From the NCBI GenBank assembly GCA_965215885.1, contig CBDCEW010000105.1, forward strand, positions 192,001 through 256,000: a DNA stretch of 64,000 nt, given 5' to 3'. The stretch comes from Candidatus Moanibacter sp. GTDB lineage: Bacteria; Verrucomicrobiota; Verrucomicrobiia; Opitutales; UBA2987. The position numbers and the translations under genes were made by a program. Below, piece after piece: positions 39,705 to 51,161 of the stretch. The notes below the pieces were generated by a model. That model did no database searches. It worked only from the letters and a program-made list of their open reading frames with translations, and was not told the origin of the DNA. Every line of letters starts with the position of its first letter. Within the stretch, counting starts at the first letter, position 1.

Positions 39705-42110
39705 CTACTCCATTAAGAAGCACCTGCCCCTGTCTGCTTCAAATGTATCTCTCACTCGGGGCATAAACCCGTCGCCGAGATCCGTGCGATACAGAGTATT
39801 CGAGATTGAGCGTTGGCCGTCCATCGCCTGAATCGGGAATCTATATATCGCGCCGTTTGTATCAATTCGGTAGGCGCCCGTCGCCTCACCGAGATCGCCT
39901 CCATTTATTTGTATCTCACCCAGCGTGGATAATGGACTAATACGAAGCCAGGGAACCGCTCTTCCGGAAGGTGTCATATCCCCAATGTAGAGAAAGTGAG
40001 TCACAGCGACATTTTCTGCCGTAACACCAACAACCCCTGAAGTGTCTACAAAATTGGCATTGGCCGCGTTAATACCACCGATTTCCAGAATGTCGCCCTC
40101 CTCACCCACCACCCTTATCAGTTTGATGTCGGCGACACCATTTACCGCCCCCGAAAATGTCCCCGCGGAATTCAGTGCGTTGTCAACGCGAGCAGGATCA
40201 TTGCCGAGGGAAAATACCGAGAACAATGTTAGCGCCGTCGGGTTTTCGATCGTGAACGAGGCGAGGCCTCTAACATAGAACGTTGCCGGCTGATCGTAGG
40301 GTGAGGGAATACCTTCTTCGTAATCATTCAAACCCACGGTAAGTGTGGTCTGGGGGCCATCGCTTCCAAATTCGGCAAAGATGAGGTCACCGCCTGGATC
40401 GAGGAATGAGATCCGGGTGATTTCTCCGGACCGGGAGGCGAAGGTCGCCTCCTTGTCCATCAACTCGAAGCCGTTGTAGATGTTGCCTTGAAATTCTGTC
40501 CTCTCGTCGACCAATCGAGCCGATCCCGACACCAGCAATTCCGATAAACTCGACTCAATTGCAATCAGTTCGCTGTTAACAGGCACGTCCTCAAAGATCT
40601 GATCAATACCACTCGGCCAGCGAACCACTACCCGTGAAACCGGTTCGCTCTGTCTCCCCAACCCGAAATGGGCCGTCAGTTCACTCTGGCTCAGGAAGTG
40701 GTTTCCCCCAGAAATCTCCCGCACCTGTTTCCCGCCACCCGCCAAAGCCTCCACCTTCACCACGGCCCCGATTCCGTCACGGTTGCAGATTTCGCCCACC
40801 GTCTTCACCCGAAGCCAACTATTTTCGTTTCCGCTATCGTTACGGTAAAGGACGGGATGACCCGCATTATTAATCACAAAAATGTCCAGATCCCCGTCCC
40901 GATCGTAATCGAAAGTCAGAAGACCCTTGCCCAAACCCTCATCGGACACTCCTGTCTCAGCCCCCACTTCCGAAAAGACGCCACCATCATTGCGCCAGAA
41001 CCGCATTGGCGTAATCAGCTCGAGTTCAGTTCCATGTGGGAAGCTCATCCCGTTTGTCATCACAAGATCGAGGTCTCCATCATTGTCGTAATCGAAAAAG
41101 GCCGCCCCCCAACCCCACGCTCCGTCGCGAACACCCGCCTCGTCGGTGACGTCCGCGAACCTGCGGTCTCCCAGGTTGCGGTAGAGCCGGTTGCCGTCGC
41201 GCTCAGAACCGGGTTCCGTTTCAAGTATGGAAGTAACGAACCAGTCGAGGATTCCATCTCCATCGTAGTCACCGATCGCCGAACCCATACCATTCCTGTC
41301 CGTCCCAACACCCGCCGCCATCGTGCCGTTTGCAAAAGTGCCGTCACCGTTGTTCCAGAAAAGCTGACTCGTTCCATAGTCTGCTGCCATCGCCAGGTCA
41401 GGCCAGCCATCAGCATCGAGATCGGCAAAACTCGATGTGAAGGCAAATTGGGTGACTTCCTGCCCGATTTCAACGCCGGCTTCCACCGTCACATTCTGAA
41501 AATGACCCGGAGCGCCAGACCCTTCATTTCTCAACAGCGCGGAGTGGACGCCGTTTTCAGAATCTGCCCAAGGCACGCCCCATTCCGTTGTATGAATATC
41601 CAGCCAACCATCCAGATCGTAGTCACCAAATGTCACACTGTATCCGTAGTGATCAAAAGCGCTCTGCAAATCAGCGCCTCGAATCTCCCCTTCTTCCGAA
41701 AAACCACCAGCACCGTCGTTGATGTAGAGATAAAACTGGGTTCCACCGATGACAGAGAGATAGAGGTCCAGATCACCGTCATTATCAATGTCACTCCAGG
41801 CCACGCCGTTTGTCCCCACATTATCCTGCAGGCCCGCTGATGCCGTAACATCTTCAAAACTGCCATCACCTCTGTTCCGGAAAAGGATTACTGAAGCATC
41901 AAGTCGAGTAACGGCCAGATCGACCCAACCATCCCTATCGTAATCTCCGGCTGCGGCCCCTCCACTCATGTAGAACTGGACCAGAGCCGCATCATCCGGC
42001 TCCACCCACTGAATGTAATCCAACCCGGCTGAGACCGTGACGTCCTTAAACACCTGCCCGCAAGCGCTTGAACATCCCAAAAACAATAGGGGTACCGTAT
42101 TTCTCAGCAC
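39705..42110 (-). CDS. CRTAC1/ASPIC-UnbV-family FG-GAP (VCBS) beta-propeller protein with an extra ~280-aa C-terminal domain
   Basis: Repeated D[YI]DxDGxxDL, GWGAAFFDYDNDGDLDL, RDGIGAVV..HFGLG..VRWPSG (ASPIC/UnbV). Start probably GTG 42110 (ORF extends to 42218). Confidence 0.9.
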   Translation of the reverse strand: MLRNTVPLLFLGCSSACGQVFKDVTVSAGLDYIQWVEPDDAALVQFYMSGGAAAGDYDRDGWVDLAVTRLDASVILFRNRGDGSFEDVTASAGLQDNVGTNGVAWSDIDNDGDLDLYLSVIGGTQFYLYINDGAGGFSEEGEIRGADLQSAFDHYGYSVTFGDYDLDGWLDIHTTEWGVPWADSENGVHSALLRNEGSGAPGHFQNVTVEAGVEIGQEVTQFAFTSSFADLDADGWPDLAMAADYGTSQLFWNNGDGTFANGTMAAGVGTDRNGMGSAIGDYDGDGILDWFVTSILETEPGSERDGNRLYRNLGDRRFADVTDEAGVRDGAWGWGAAFFDYDNDGDLDLVMTNGMSFPHGTELELITPMRFWRNDGGVFSEVGAETGVSDEGLGKGLLTFDYDRDGDLDIFVINNAGHPVLYRNDSGNENSWLRVKTVGEICNRDGIGAVVKVEALAGGGKQVREISGGNHFLSQSELTAHFGLGRQSEPVSRVVVRWPSGIDQIFEDVPVNSELIAIESSLSELLVSGSARLVDERTEFQGNIYNGFELMDKEATFASRSGEITRISFLDPGGDLIFAEFGSDGPQTTLTVGLNDYEEGIPSPYDQPATFYVRGLASFTIENPTALTLFSVFSLGNDPARVDNALNSAGTFSGAVNGVADIKLIRVVGEEGDILEIGGINAANANFVDTSGVVGVTAENVAVTHFLYIGDMTPSGRAVPWLRISPLSTLGEIQINGGDLGEATGAYRIDTNGAIYRFPIQAMDGQRSISNTLYRTDLGDGFMPRVRDTFEADRGRCFLME

Positions 42111-42227
42111 TCTCCATCTGACCCGAATGAAATCGACCCTCTCAAAGAGGGAGTTGGCGGGATTTCTCTCGGTAATCGACGCTCGAAAGTGCCGTTTCTC
42201 CCCCCTTTCCTCTCCCATACTCTTCCC

Positions 42228-44611
42228 CTACCTCTGCCCGTCCGTCAGAAAACAAGAGTCCATCTCCAGCGCAAAAGTATCCCTTACTCTCCCAAGGAAA
42301 CCATCCCCTAAATCGGGCCTGAAACCACTGCCCGAGATGGAGCGTTGGCCATCCATCGCCTGAATCGGAAAGCCATATACCGCGCCATTTGTGTCAATCT
42401 GGTGGGCGCCCACCGCTTCTCGCAAGTCGCCCCCGTTAATTTGAATCTCCGGAAGCGTCGACAACGGACTTATGCGCAACGACGGCCCTGCGGACCCCGA
42501 CGGGGTCATATCGCCGACATAGAGAAACAGGTTTACGCGAACGGTTTCCGCGGCTATTCCGATCATTCCGGAGGAGCCACGGAAATTCGCGTTGGCCGCA
42601 TTAATCCCCCCGATCGTGGAGACGCCACCGCCGCCCGCGCCTACCGTAAGACTCCTGATATCGGCAATGCCATCAGCGCCTCCCGAAAACGTCTCTTCAT
42701 TAATGAGAGCGTTATCTACTCGAGAGGAATCATTGCCAAGAGAAAACACCGAAAAGAAGGTCAACTCAGTCGGATTTTCGATGATAAATGTGGCCAACCC
42801 TTGTACATAAAAAGTTCCGGGCTGAGCGTAGGGAGAGGAAACTTTTTCCTTAAAGTCGTAAAGTCGAATCGTCAGATGTGTGTGGAGGCTGTCACTACCG
42901 AATTCGGCGAAGACCAGGTCGCCATCCGGATCAAGAAAGGAGACGCGCGTGATCTGCCCGGCCACGGAGGAAAAAGTCGCTTCCTCGCCGGACATTTCAA
43001 ATCCATTGTAAATGTTACCCTGAAACTCAGTCTCCTCGTTCACGCTTGCGGCGCTACCCGATCGCAACAGACCCGCCAACTCCGACTCGAAGGCAACAAA
43101 CGTGCTGTTTATCGGTATATCTTCAAAGACCTGCTCCACACCGCTCGGCCACCGAATTGTCAGTCCCTTCACAACTTCGCTCTGACCATCGAGGCCAAAG
43201 TGCGCCGTCAATTCGCTTTGGCTCAAAAAGTGATTACCCGGAGTGATCTCTCGCACCTGCCTGGGGCCTCCCTCCACCGGTTCGAGGATCAGAAGGGCTC
43301 CGTTACCGTCGCGACTGGAGAGCGTGCCGATCGTCTTCACGCGCAACCAGCTCTTTCCGTTCCCGCCGTCATTGCGGTAGAGATTCGCCCGCCCGACATG
43401 GTTTGTAACGAACAGATCGAGATCGCCGTCACGGTCGTAATCGAATGTCAACAGGCCTTTCCCCGGAGTCTTCTCCGTAATTCCCACCTCCGCGTCCACC
43501 CTGGTGAAACCCCCGTTCTCATTCCGCCATAGAATCGTCGGGTGACTGTCCTCATTGGTCATTGTGAGATCGAGATCACCGTCATTGTCGTAATCGAAAA
43601 AGGCTGCCCCCCACCCCCAGCCACCATTGCGTACGCCTGAATCCAGACCCTCCTCCGCAAATCGGCGAGAACCCAGATTTCGGTAGAGACCGTTTCCTGG
43701 AATCCCATTCTCGCTGAAACCTTCAATCGCTGTGACAAACCAGTCGAGAAGACCGTCACCGTTGTAGTCGCCAATCGCCGAACCCATACCGTTCGCCTCC
43801 AGATTCACACCCGCCTCTAACGTCCCATCGGTAAATGTCCCGTCGCCATTGTTCCAAAACAGCTGGCTCGTCCGAAAATCCGCTGCGATCGCCAGATCAG
43901 GCCAGCCGTCGCCGTCCAGATCCGAGAAACTCGAAGTAAAGACCTGCTGCTGTTCAAGCTCTCCCACCAGAACTCCGGCCTCCACCGTAGTATTGGCAAA
44001 GTGTCCCGGCGCTTCATCACCCCTGTTTCGTAGAAGTGCCGTAAAGTAGGGATCGTCGAAGTTACTTCCCAGTACTCCCCACTCCGTAGTATGTATGTCC
44101 AACCAACCGTCCCGATCGTAATCGCCAAATGTTACGCTGTACCCCTTGTGCTCGCGTGTATTCGTCAGGTCCGCCCCGCGCTCAAGAGCCTCTTCAAAAA
44201 ACGTTCCTCCCCCATTGTTGATATAGAGATAGAATCTGTTGTGTAACATCGTGGCCAGATAGAGATCGAGATCCCCATCGTTGTCGATGTCACCACATGC
44301 CGCACCCGTCGTTGGCAGATTTTCGTCAAACCCCGCCTCAAGTGAGGCATCTTCGAACGTCCCATCCCCCGATTGCGGTAGAGAATGTCGGAATCGTCGA
44401 CGCGCGTGACAAAGAGATCCACCCAGCCATCCCCGTCGAAATCTCCTGCGGCCGCGCCTCCCGTCACCAGCAGCCTCTTCTCTTCGGTCTTATCGGGCGA
44501 CTGTCGCTGCTCGTATCCTATCCCCGCCTCCGTCGTGACCTCCGTAAAGACTTGCCCCGCCAATACGGCCGGAGTGAGGAGATAAAAAGTAAAATGTAGT
44601 GCCCTCAGCAC
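42228..44611 (-). CDS. Second CRTAC1/ASPIC-UnbV paralog, split by one frameshift at ~44366-44370
   Basis: Signal peptide MLRALHFTFYLLTPAVLAGQ and GGAAAGDFDGDGWVDL in ORF 44165-44611. One extra base in the C5 run restores YRNRGDGTFED and joins ORF 42228-44249. Confidence 0.88.
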
Positions 44612-44895
44612 TGGTTTTTTTTCAAAATAACGAAGAAATCTTTACATCTCCATCACGACGAACAAAATCCTTGAGTGGTGAATAAAAATGTCACTACGCT
44701 AATCCCCCCAGAAGTTTACGACCCAACCGCCACCTTCGCATTGAATTTCAAAGTAAATGCTTCATTCCGCGCTGTCGAACCCATGATTGCGAAAAATGGC
44801 CAGTTGTGTGAAATTGAAGGGAATGGCACGACCATTGCTCGAATGATCCGAGTGTTCACTTTTGTTCAAGAGAAGAAATAACCAAAACCTACCTA

Positions 44896-46812
44896 GACCC
44901 CATTCGAAAAGCCTTTCGAGCGGGCGGTTTAAGGTTCTCCGCCACGGGCGGACCAGCCTATGGCTGGCAGGTTTCGGGTTTTAGGCTGCCGGCGCTGCCG
45001 ATGAGCAGGTATTGAGCGGCCATCGGCGTGGCTTGCTGCACAATACGTATATTTGCCGCTGTCTGGAGGCATACTCATCCCGTGGTGCTTTTTTCTCTGA
45101 GCTTCAAAGCGGTCAGATTCAGGCTGCCTGTTCCAGTTCCTCCCCTCGGCGTTTCTTCATCAGTATGATGCGGCAGAAGTTGTAGGCCAGAACCTTCTCG
45201 AGCAGTTCATCGCCTACCGCATCGATGCCGCGGCGGCCGAGTTCGCCAAAGGCAAATCCATCTTTAATCGTGAACATCAGCGACTCCACTGCGGAGCGAT
45301 CGCGGCGTGCCTCGCGATACGCCTCGCTCTCCCAGTCCTCGGGGGTGGTCAACTTCTTGCCCTTCGCCCCACTGATACTGATCTGCTTTACCCCCATGCT
45401 CAGCACCTCCTTGCGTCCCTTCGCCGAAGCATATCCGTCATCGGTGCTGACCAGTTCAGCAATGACACCGGTGCGCTTGATCGAATCGCCGATGGCCGGC
45501 GCCAGCTCAATGGAGTCTGCCGCGTTGCCTTGCGGTACGATCAGGCTGGTGACAAAACCGTTTTCGCTGCGAACCAGTTGTGGCTTGTACCCGATCACTG
45601 GATTGCGGCTGCCCTTCTTGATGTAGGCCGCCGATCCGTCCGAGAGGCTCAGGACCTTCTGTGTGGACGGTAGCTTCTTTTCGTGAAACACCCGATCATG
45701 AGCATACTCAACAACCCGCTTGGCGTCGGCAATATCGCCCCTGATCTGGCTCAATGCCCGCTCCAGAAGCTCCCGGCGAGTGGGAGGCAGTGAATCCATC
45801 GACAGGCCCTCTTCAAGATGGCTCAGTTCCCCCGTTAGTGAGTCGGCCGCCTTGCGGCCCCGCTTGAGCAACCGCCGGTAGTGTTTCTTCAGCTTGCCCT
45901 TCGACTTCGGTTTGCCCGCGGCCAGACAAATCTGAAACTCCAGCTTGTCCATTTCCTCCAGCCAACGCCCAACCCATCCCTTGCGAAAATCCTCCAGCCC
46001 GAAGACATGCAACTTCTGACCCAAACGATTGGCCCGCATCAAAAGACCGCTCAGAATCTTCCCATCGGTGGGCCAGCAGCTGTTTGCTTTCACCGAGGTG
46101 CTGTCGATCGTCAGCTTCCCGAAATCGTCCCATTGCTCCTGGAGGATAAACCCAATCTGTTTATCAAAGATCAACTCGCGGGTCGTATGGCTGACCAGGT
46201 TCACGTTCTCCAGAATCGTCGTCACCGCCGGCATTCTCAGTCCCCCGCTCTGCAAAAATCCGTACAAGCTCATCGACTCGCGCACAAACCGCCGTGCCGG
46301 TTTCGTGGTCAACGAACCCAGAAACCCTCGAATCATCACGAACACGTATACCGCATAAGCCGGCATCCGCGGCCGGCCTGCCCCAAGATTCAATTCAGCA
46401 GCCAGAATATTCTCCTCCTCGATGTCCAGCTCCGGCAGCTCCGCTGTGCGCCCTTCAAAGAACCTTCGATCTTCCAATCGAAGTTTCTTCTTCTCACGCG
46501 CATGGGCGTCCAGATCCTTCTCGATCGCCTCGATGATTTGCGCCGCGAACCCGGCCAATTCTTCAACTTCATCCAGAAAATCACGGAAATCCGTGTCTGG
46601 AACCGGCAGAATGAGGTTGCTAAGGGGCGTCTTATCGCTTTTGTTCTCCTCTGTCGCACATGTTGGCATGTTTAACTCCTTTCTTAATCTTAGGTTGTTA
46701 AACACTAGCATGTTGCGACACTTTTTATCAAGCCAAAAAATGATTTTTCTCAAGTTTTTCGTGCGCCTTTTGCGCCTCTTTGCGGCCAATCAGTAGCTTT
46801 TCGGATAAGGTC
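44896..46812 (-). mobile_element. Complete ~1.9-kb IS (IS5-like/ISNCY DDE), copy 1
   Basis: Imperfect IRs (A)GACCCCATTCGAAAAGC and GCTTTTCGGATAAGGTC(T); direct repeat TACCTA at 44890-44895 and 46813-46818; matching copy from 62684. Confidence 0.92.
45119..46669 (-). CDS. DDE transposase
   Basis: GRPRMP, IDSTSVKANSCWPTD, YIKKG..GYK, TDDGYAS, RSAVES. ATG 46669 preceded by AGGAG. Confidence 0.9.
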   Translation of the reverse strand: MPTCATEENKSDKTPLSNLILPVPDTDFRDFLDEVEELAGFAAQIIEAIEKDLDAHAREKKKLRLEDRRFFEGRTAELPELDIEEENILAAELNLGAGRPRMPAYAVYVFVMIRGFLGSLTTKPARRFVRESMSLYGFLQSGGLRMPAVTTILENVNLVSHTTRELIFDKQIGFILQEQWDDFGKLTIDSTSVKANSCWPTDGKILSGLLMRANRLGQKLHVFGLEDFRKGWVGRWLEEMDKLEFQICLAAGKPKSKGKLKKHYRRLLKRGRKAADSLTGELSHLEEGLSMDSLPPTRRELLERALSQIRGDIADAKRVVEYAHDRVFHEKKLPSTQKVLSLSDGSAAYIKKGSRNPVIGYKPQLVRSENGFVTSLIVPQGNAADSIELAPAIGDSIKRTGVIAELVSTDDGYASAKGRKEVLSMGVKQISISGAKGKKLTTPEDWESEAYREARRDRSAVESLMFTIKDGFAFGELGRRGIDAVGDELLEKVLAYNFCRIILMKKRRGEELEQAA

Positions 46813-46817
46813 TACCT

Positions 46818-49226
46818 ATGAGAAAAATCACATCTGCACTGTTAGCCTCCGGCATCTTGCTGGCTATATCTCCGGTCCTCGCGCAGGAAGAAGAGGTCGA
46901 GGAACTGGAAGAATACCTCATCGAAGAACTCGTCGAAGATCCTGTCGGCATCATACCCGAGCGTCCCACCGAGACCCTCTTCGGCACCTCCCGCTCCGTC
47001 CTGGAAATACCGCGGTCGATCTCCATGATCGAGGGTGATATGCTCGAGCGCTACGGCGTCCAATCCGTGGCTGACTTCATCTCCGTCTCCGCCGGAACCT
47101 TTACCGACAATTTTTTCGGTATTCCGGGAAGCCTCCAGATTCGCGGCACTTTCAGCGACACCTTCTTCCGCGGTTTTCGCCGCGTAGAAAATCGCGGGAA
47201 TTATCCCACGCCCATCGCCGCCACTCAGCGCGTCGAAATCGTCCGGGGCCCCCCCACCCCATATTACGGCGGCGGCAAGGTCGGAGGGTTCATGAACTTT
47301 ATCCCTAAGAGCGCACGCACCGAAACCGCCAAGTTCATTGAGAAACCAACCGGGAAGCTCGGCCTCACCTACGGTTCTTATGACAGAAAGCAGCTCGACG
47401 TGGAATTCGGCGCCCCCATCGAATTCGGCCGGGCCAAAGGAGGCTATTACGTCTACGGCCAGTTTGAAGACTCCAAAAGCTTCTACATCGACGTAATCAA
47501 TCGCAACAAGATCATCCAGGTCTCATTCGACATCGATCTCAACGACACCTGGAATGTGGAATTCGGCACAATGTTGACGAAGACCCGGCTCATCCAAAAT
47601 CCCGGCTGGAATCGACTTACCCAGGACCTCATCGACAACGGTACCTACATCACGGGAAGTCCAGCCACCATTGTTCCGGACACTAACGGTAACGGAGTGC
47701 TCGATGAAGCGGAAGCGATCCCGTTTGGGCTCGATACTTTCTGCGCCAATTTCAACCTCTGTTTCGACTTTGGCGGGACTACCGGCTTAACCAATATCGG
47801 AACCACCACGCTCAGCCGCCGGAAAGTATTCACGGATCCCAACGACTTCGGCGACACCAACACTTACACCGCTTATTTCGATCTCAACGCAGAGCTGAGC
47901 GATAACCTTCGCATGTCCACGCAGTTTTTTTACGACCACATGCAACACGATAAACACACCACCTACGGCTTTACCTCCCTTTATAACCCTCGCATCATTG
48001 AAGTGAAGCACACCTTCTTTCATAAGATGGGCGCCTCAGATAACTTTAAAGGGGAGAATGTCTTTGGCTTCAACTACCGCAAATACGAGGTCACCGAAAA
48101 GGAAGCCTTCAGCCAGGGTATGCAGATTTTTGATCGCCGTGATCTTTCCGTAGGTCCCACTACCCAGGACCGGTTCGCCAACGCAACCACCGACGGCCGC
48201 AGATACAATACCAAATACAAAAGTACCACAGATGATATCGGTATCTATGGCGTGACGGATCTGACCTTCGCCGAGAAATTCGGGGTTGTTGCCGGATTCC
48301 GATGGGATTTCTATGATCAGGAAACGACCGACCTCGTCGACAGACCCAACGTTCTGGCAGATCCGAATCCGAATTTCGGGGAAACCGCAACCGACTCGCG
48401 AGATGTTATCACCTTTAATGCCAGCGGCACCTACACCCACGAGACCGCCAACGGCTGGAAATTCATACCCTACATCACCTATGCGGAATCCACCTTCATA
48501 GAAAATGGCCAGAGCGGCGGCGCTAATTTCGGCGCCGCTGCGAGCGGCAGCTGGCTGCAGGATTCCGACCTCTGGGAGGGCGGGCTTAAGGTGTCGGGCT
48601 TTGAAGGAAAACTGCATGCGACTTTCGCTCTATATCAGCAGAATCGAACACGTCTCGACACGATGGCGATGCCCCCTACCGTTGTTAACAACCGTTCCAC
48701 CGGATACGAAGTCGAAACCCGCTTCGTTCCCAACAAGAATTGGGCGTTCACCTTTACCGGGACCTGGTCGAAGACGATTGAAACACCTGCACCCGGTTTC
48801 GGTTCGTTCACGGTCCTCCCCATCGCTGTTATACCTCGGACTCCCGAGCAAGGTTATGGCGGCCGATATTTCGCTGGCACGGGCTTCGCCGGCCTGCCCA
48901 GTTTTGAGCAGGATGGCCAGCCGGATAAGGTCATCAGCGCCTATGTCTCTTACACCGGCGAACTGGGCGACGGCGAGTGGGGCCTTACCTTCGGCTCTAC
49001 TTATGTCGCCGATGTCTTCGCGGGACGCGTAAAATTCATCAAATTGCCCGATTACTGGATTACCAACCTCTCCGGCTTCGTCCAGATGGGAAAGTGGCGG
49101 GTAGCCGGTCTCATCAAGAACGTCTTCGACGAACGCTACTTTCGCTCCCAGGCTATCTTCCACGAAGTCCTCGTCCTCCCCGGAGCCGGAATCACCGCCG
49201 AAGCAACCCTCAGCTATAATTTCTAA
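46818..49226 (+). CDS. TonB-dependent receptor
   Basis: Signal peptide ending VLAQ; plug motifs EIPRSIS, LQIRG, RVEIVRGP..YGGG..GGFMNFIPK; C-terminal KNVFDERY and final aromatic SYNF. Confidence 0.93.
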   Translation: MRKITSALLASGILLAISPVLAQEEEVEELEEYLIEELVEDPVGIIPERPTETLFGTSRSVLEIPRSISMIEGDMLERYGVQSVADFISVSAGTFTDNFFGIPGSLQIRGTFSDTFFRGFRRVENRGNYPTPIAATQRVEIVRGPPTPYYGGGKVGGFMNFIPKSARTETAKFIEKPTGKLGLTYGSYDRKQLDVEFGAPIEFGRAKGGYYVYGQFEDSKSFYIDVINRNKIIQVSFDIDLNDTWNVEFGTMLTKTRLIQNPGWNRLTQDLIDNGTYITGSPATIVPDTNGNGVLDEAEAIPFGLDTFCANFNLCFDFGGTTGLTNIGTTTLSRRKVFTDPNDFGDTNTYTAYFDLNAELSDNLRMSTQFFYDHMQHDKHTTYGFTSLYNPRIIEVKHTFFHKMGASDNFKGENVFGFNYRKYEVTEKEAFSQGMQIFDRRDLSVGPTTQDRFANATTDGRRYNTKYKSTTDDIGIYGVTDLTFAEKFGVVAGFRWDFYDQETTDLVDRPNVLADPNPNFGETATDSRDVITFNASGTYTHETANGWKFIPYITYAESTFIENGQSGGANFGAAASGSWLQDSDLWEGGLKVSGFEGKLHATFALYQQNRTRLDTMAMPPTVVNNRSTGYEVETRFVPNKNWAFTFTGTWSKTIETPAPGFGSFTVLPIAVIPRTPEQGYGGRYFAGTGFAGLPSFEQDGQPDKVISAYVSYTGELGDGEWGLTFGSTYVADVFAGRVKFIKLPDYWITNLSGFVQMGKWRVAGLIKNVFDERYFRSQAIFHEVLVLPGAGITAEATLSYNF

Positions 49227-49248
49227 ATACTATTCGGCTTTCTTCTTT

Positions 49249-49283
49249 AAAAGGCGGTCACCATTCCGGTGACCGCCTTTTTC
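49249..49283 (+). terminator. Rho-independent terminator after the TonB receptor
   Basis: AAAAGGCGGTCACC-ATTCC-GGTGACCGCCTTTTT. Confidence 0.85.
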
Positions 49284-49697
49284 GTTGCCCTTGTTGATCT
49301 GAAATGCTTGTGCGGATGCGAAGATCGAAAAGCTTCCGCTTTCCGCTACGTTACGAATCGAAGTGTGTAGTCCCGGCGCGCCGGGAGAAGCTTTTCGTCC
49401 TGCCACTGCCACAAGTTTCACCCTGCCGTACGGCAGAATTCTACAGCTGCTACCGCATTAATCGTATATCGACGATAAACGAAAGATGCGGGACGAGGAC
49501 AAAAGAGTCCAAATCGCTCGCAACGGTCTTTCTTCTTTGGAAAAACTGGATTGAAGATTTGCACCACATCAAAAAGATATACTCGTCAGCAGCTCAGCAA
49601 TAAGAGAAGAACTATAAGGATCTCTCAGACTGCGCTGTTGATAGGGGCCTTAATGGCGGAATCGCCTATTGCTCCTGCAAAAAAGCACATATACAGG

Positions 49698-51092
49698 ATG
49701 AAAAAAAGTCACCTGCCAAACATCCTCGTCATCATGACCGACGATCACGGTCAGTGGGCTTCTCACTGCTACGGCAACTCTGAACTTGTGACACCGAATA
49801 TGGATTTCCTGGCGGAGAGTGGAATCCTCATGCAGAACGCATTCACAACCTGTCCGGTCTGCTCTCCCGCACGTGCCTCATTCTTCACCGGCCGGCTCCC
49901 TTCCCAACACGGCATTCACGATTTTATCAGCGAAGTGCCCGAGTTCGACTCGGGTTGGATGAAGGATGAAATAACCCTGCCGCAATTATTGAAGAGGCAG
50001 AATTATCAGACCGCCCTAATCGGAAAATGGCATTGCACTGCGAGCAGCCTCAAGCCGCAGCCGGGATTCGATTCCTGGGTCTGTTATGGTGACGAAGCCC
50101 CGGATTTCTGGAACACTTACGTCCACAGGGGCAACGTCAATTATTCCATACAGAGCAAAAATGTCTGGGAGTCGGGTTACCAGACCAGGATTTTTGCCCG
50201 CCACGCCATCGACTTCCTCCAGAATCGGGAAAGCGATAGACCCTTCTTCCTATTTTTCGGTCCGGTCAATACGCACCGCCCCTTCAACCTCCACCCCGAT
50301 AGAATCGTCGAGAAGTATCGGCAGTCACATTTCTGGGATATCCCGAAGGACGGAAAATCCTATCTCCACCCGGTCGCAACCATCCCCGAGAATCACGAGG
50401 AGTTTCTCGCCCAGTACTATTCCGCAGTAACCATGGTCGACGATCAGATAGGGACTCTACTCGACTATCTCGAGGGTCAGGGAATTCTCGATAATACCCT
50501 CGTTGTCTACACCTCCGACCACGGTCATATGAACGGTCACCACGGACTCTACTATAAGGGAGGAGCCACCATGCCCCAGAATTTCTATGAGGAGGTGATC
50601 AGAGTTCCCTACCTTCTCAGATGGCCGGATGGACTCCCCGGCGCTTTTCATCCGTCTATTCCCTTTGACCACTGCGACATGTTTCAAACCATTCTGGATG
50701 CTGCCGAAGTCAAACTCGATAGTGACGAGATCAGTGCAATCAACAGCCCGGGTGAGAGTCTGGTAAAATACTTCCAAACCCCCGAACGTGCATGGCGCTC
50801 CTATCAGTTCTGCGAATACGGCAACGCGATCATGATTTCGGACCTCGTGCATAAACTGGTCCGGCGTTTCCCACCTCACCAAGGCGTTTACCCCGATGAA
50901 TATATAAACCTTTCTATCGACCCGCGCGAAAGCGCCAATCGAATCGACGACTCGGCCTCGCAAAGTGAAATCGCCCGGCTCGACACACTCCTCGAAGATC
51001 ACTTCATCCGCTACGAGATTCCGGAAAAATCAGCTCGCAACATGCAGTCGCAGCCTCCCTGCAACGGTTCGGAACCGTGGCGGGTCTCGTGA
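49698..51092 (+). CDS. Cys-type formylglycine-dependent (S1) sulfatase, no evident signal peptide
   Basis: PNILVIMTDDHG, CSPARASFFTG (CxPxR), IGKWH, TSDHG. ATG 49698 preferred over TTG 49551. Confidence 0.92.
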   Translation: MKKSHLPNILVIMTDDHGQWASHCYGNSELVTPNMDFLAESGILMQNAFTTCPVCSPARASFFTGRLPSQHGIHDFISEVPEFDSGWMKDEITLPQLLKRQNYQTALIGKWHCTASSLKPQPGFDSWVCYGDEAPDFWNTYVHRGNVNYSIQSKNVWESGYQTRIFARHAIDFLQNRESDRPFFLFFGPVNTHRPFNLHPDRIVEKYRQSHFWDIPKDGKSYLHPVATIPENHEEFLAQYYSAVTMVDDQIGTLLDYLEGQGILDNTLVVYTSDHGHMNGHHGLYYKGGATMPQNFYEEVIRVPYLLRWPDGLPGAFHPSIPFDHCDMFQTILDAAEVKLDSDEISAINSPGESLVKYFQTPERAWRSYQFCEYGNAIMISDLVHKLVRRFPPHQGVYPDEYINLSIDPRESANRIDDSASQSEIARLDTLLEDHFIRYEIPEKSARNMQSQPPCNGSEPWRVS

Positions 51093-51161
51093 ACTGAAAT
51101 TGAAAATCGTTCTCGACCGATGATCACGGCCTGCCATGAGCCCGTCGAATGGATTGAGACC

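Noticed and set aside
40668..43532. Long + strand ORFs (390 and 395 aa), and similarly 7875-8777, 29013-30110, 5664-6371 and 45881-46675
   Set aside because: Antisense shadows of well-supported genes, with no recognisable motifs.
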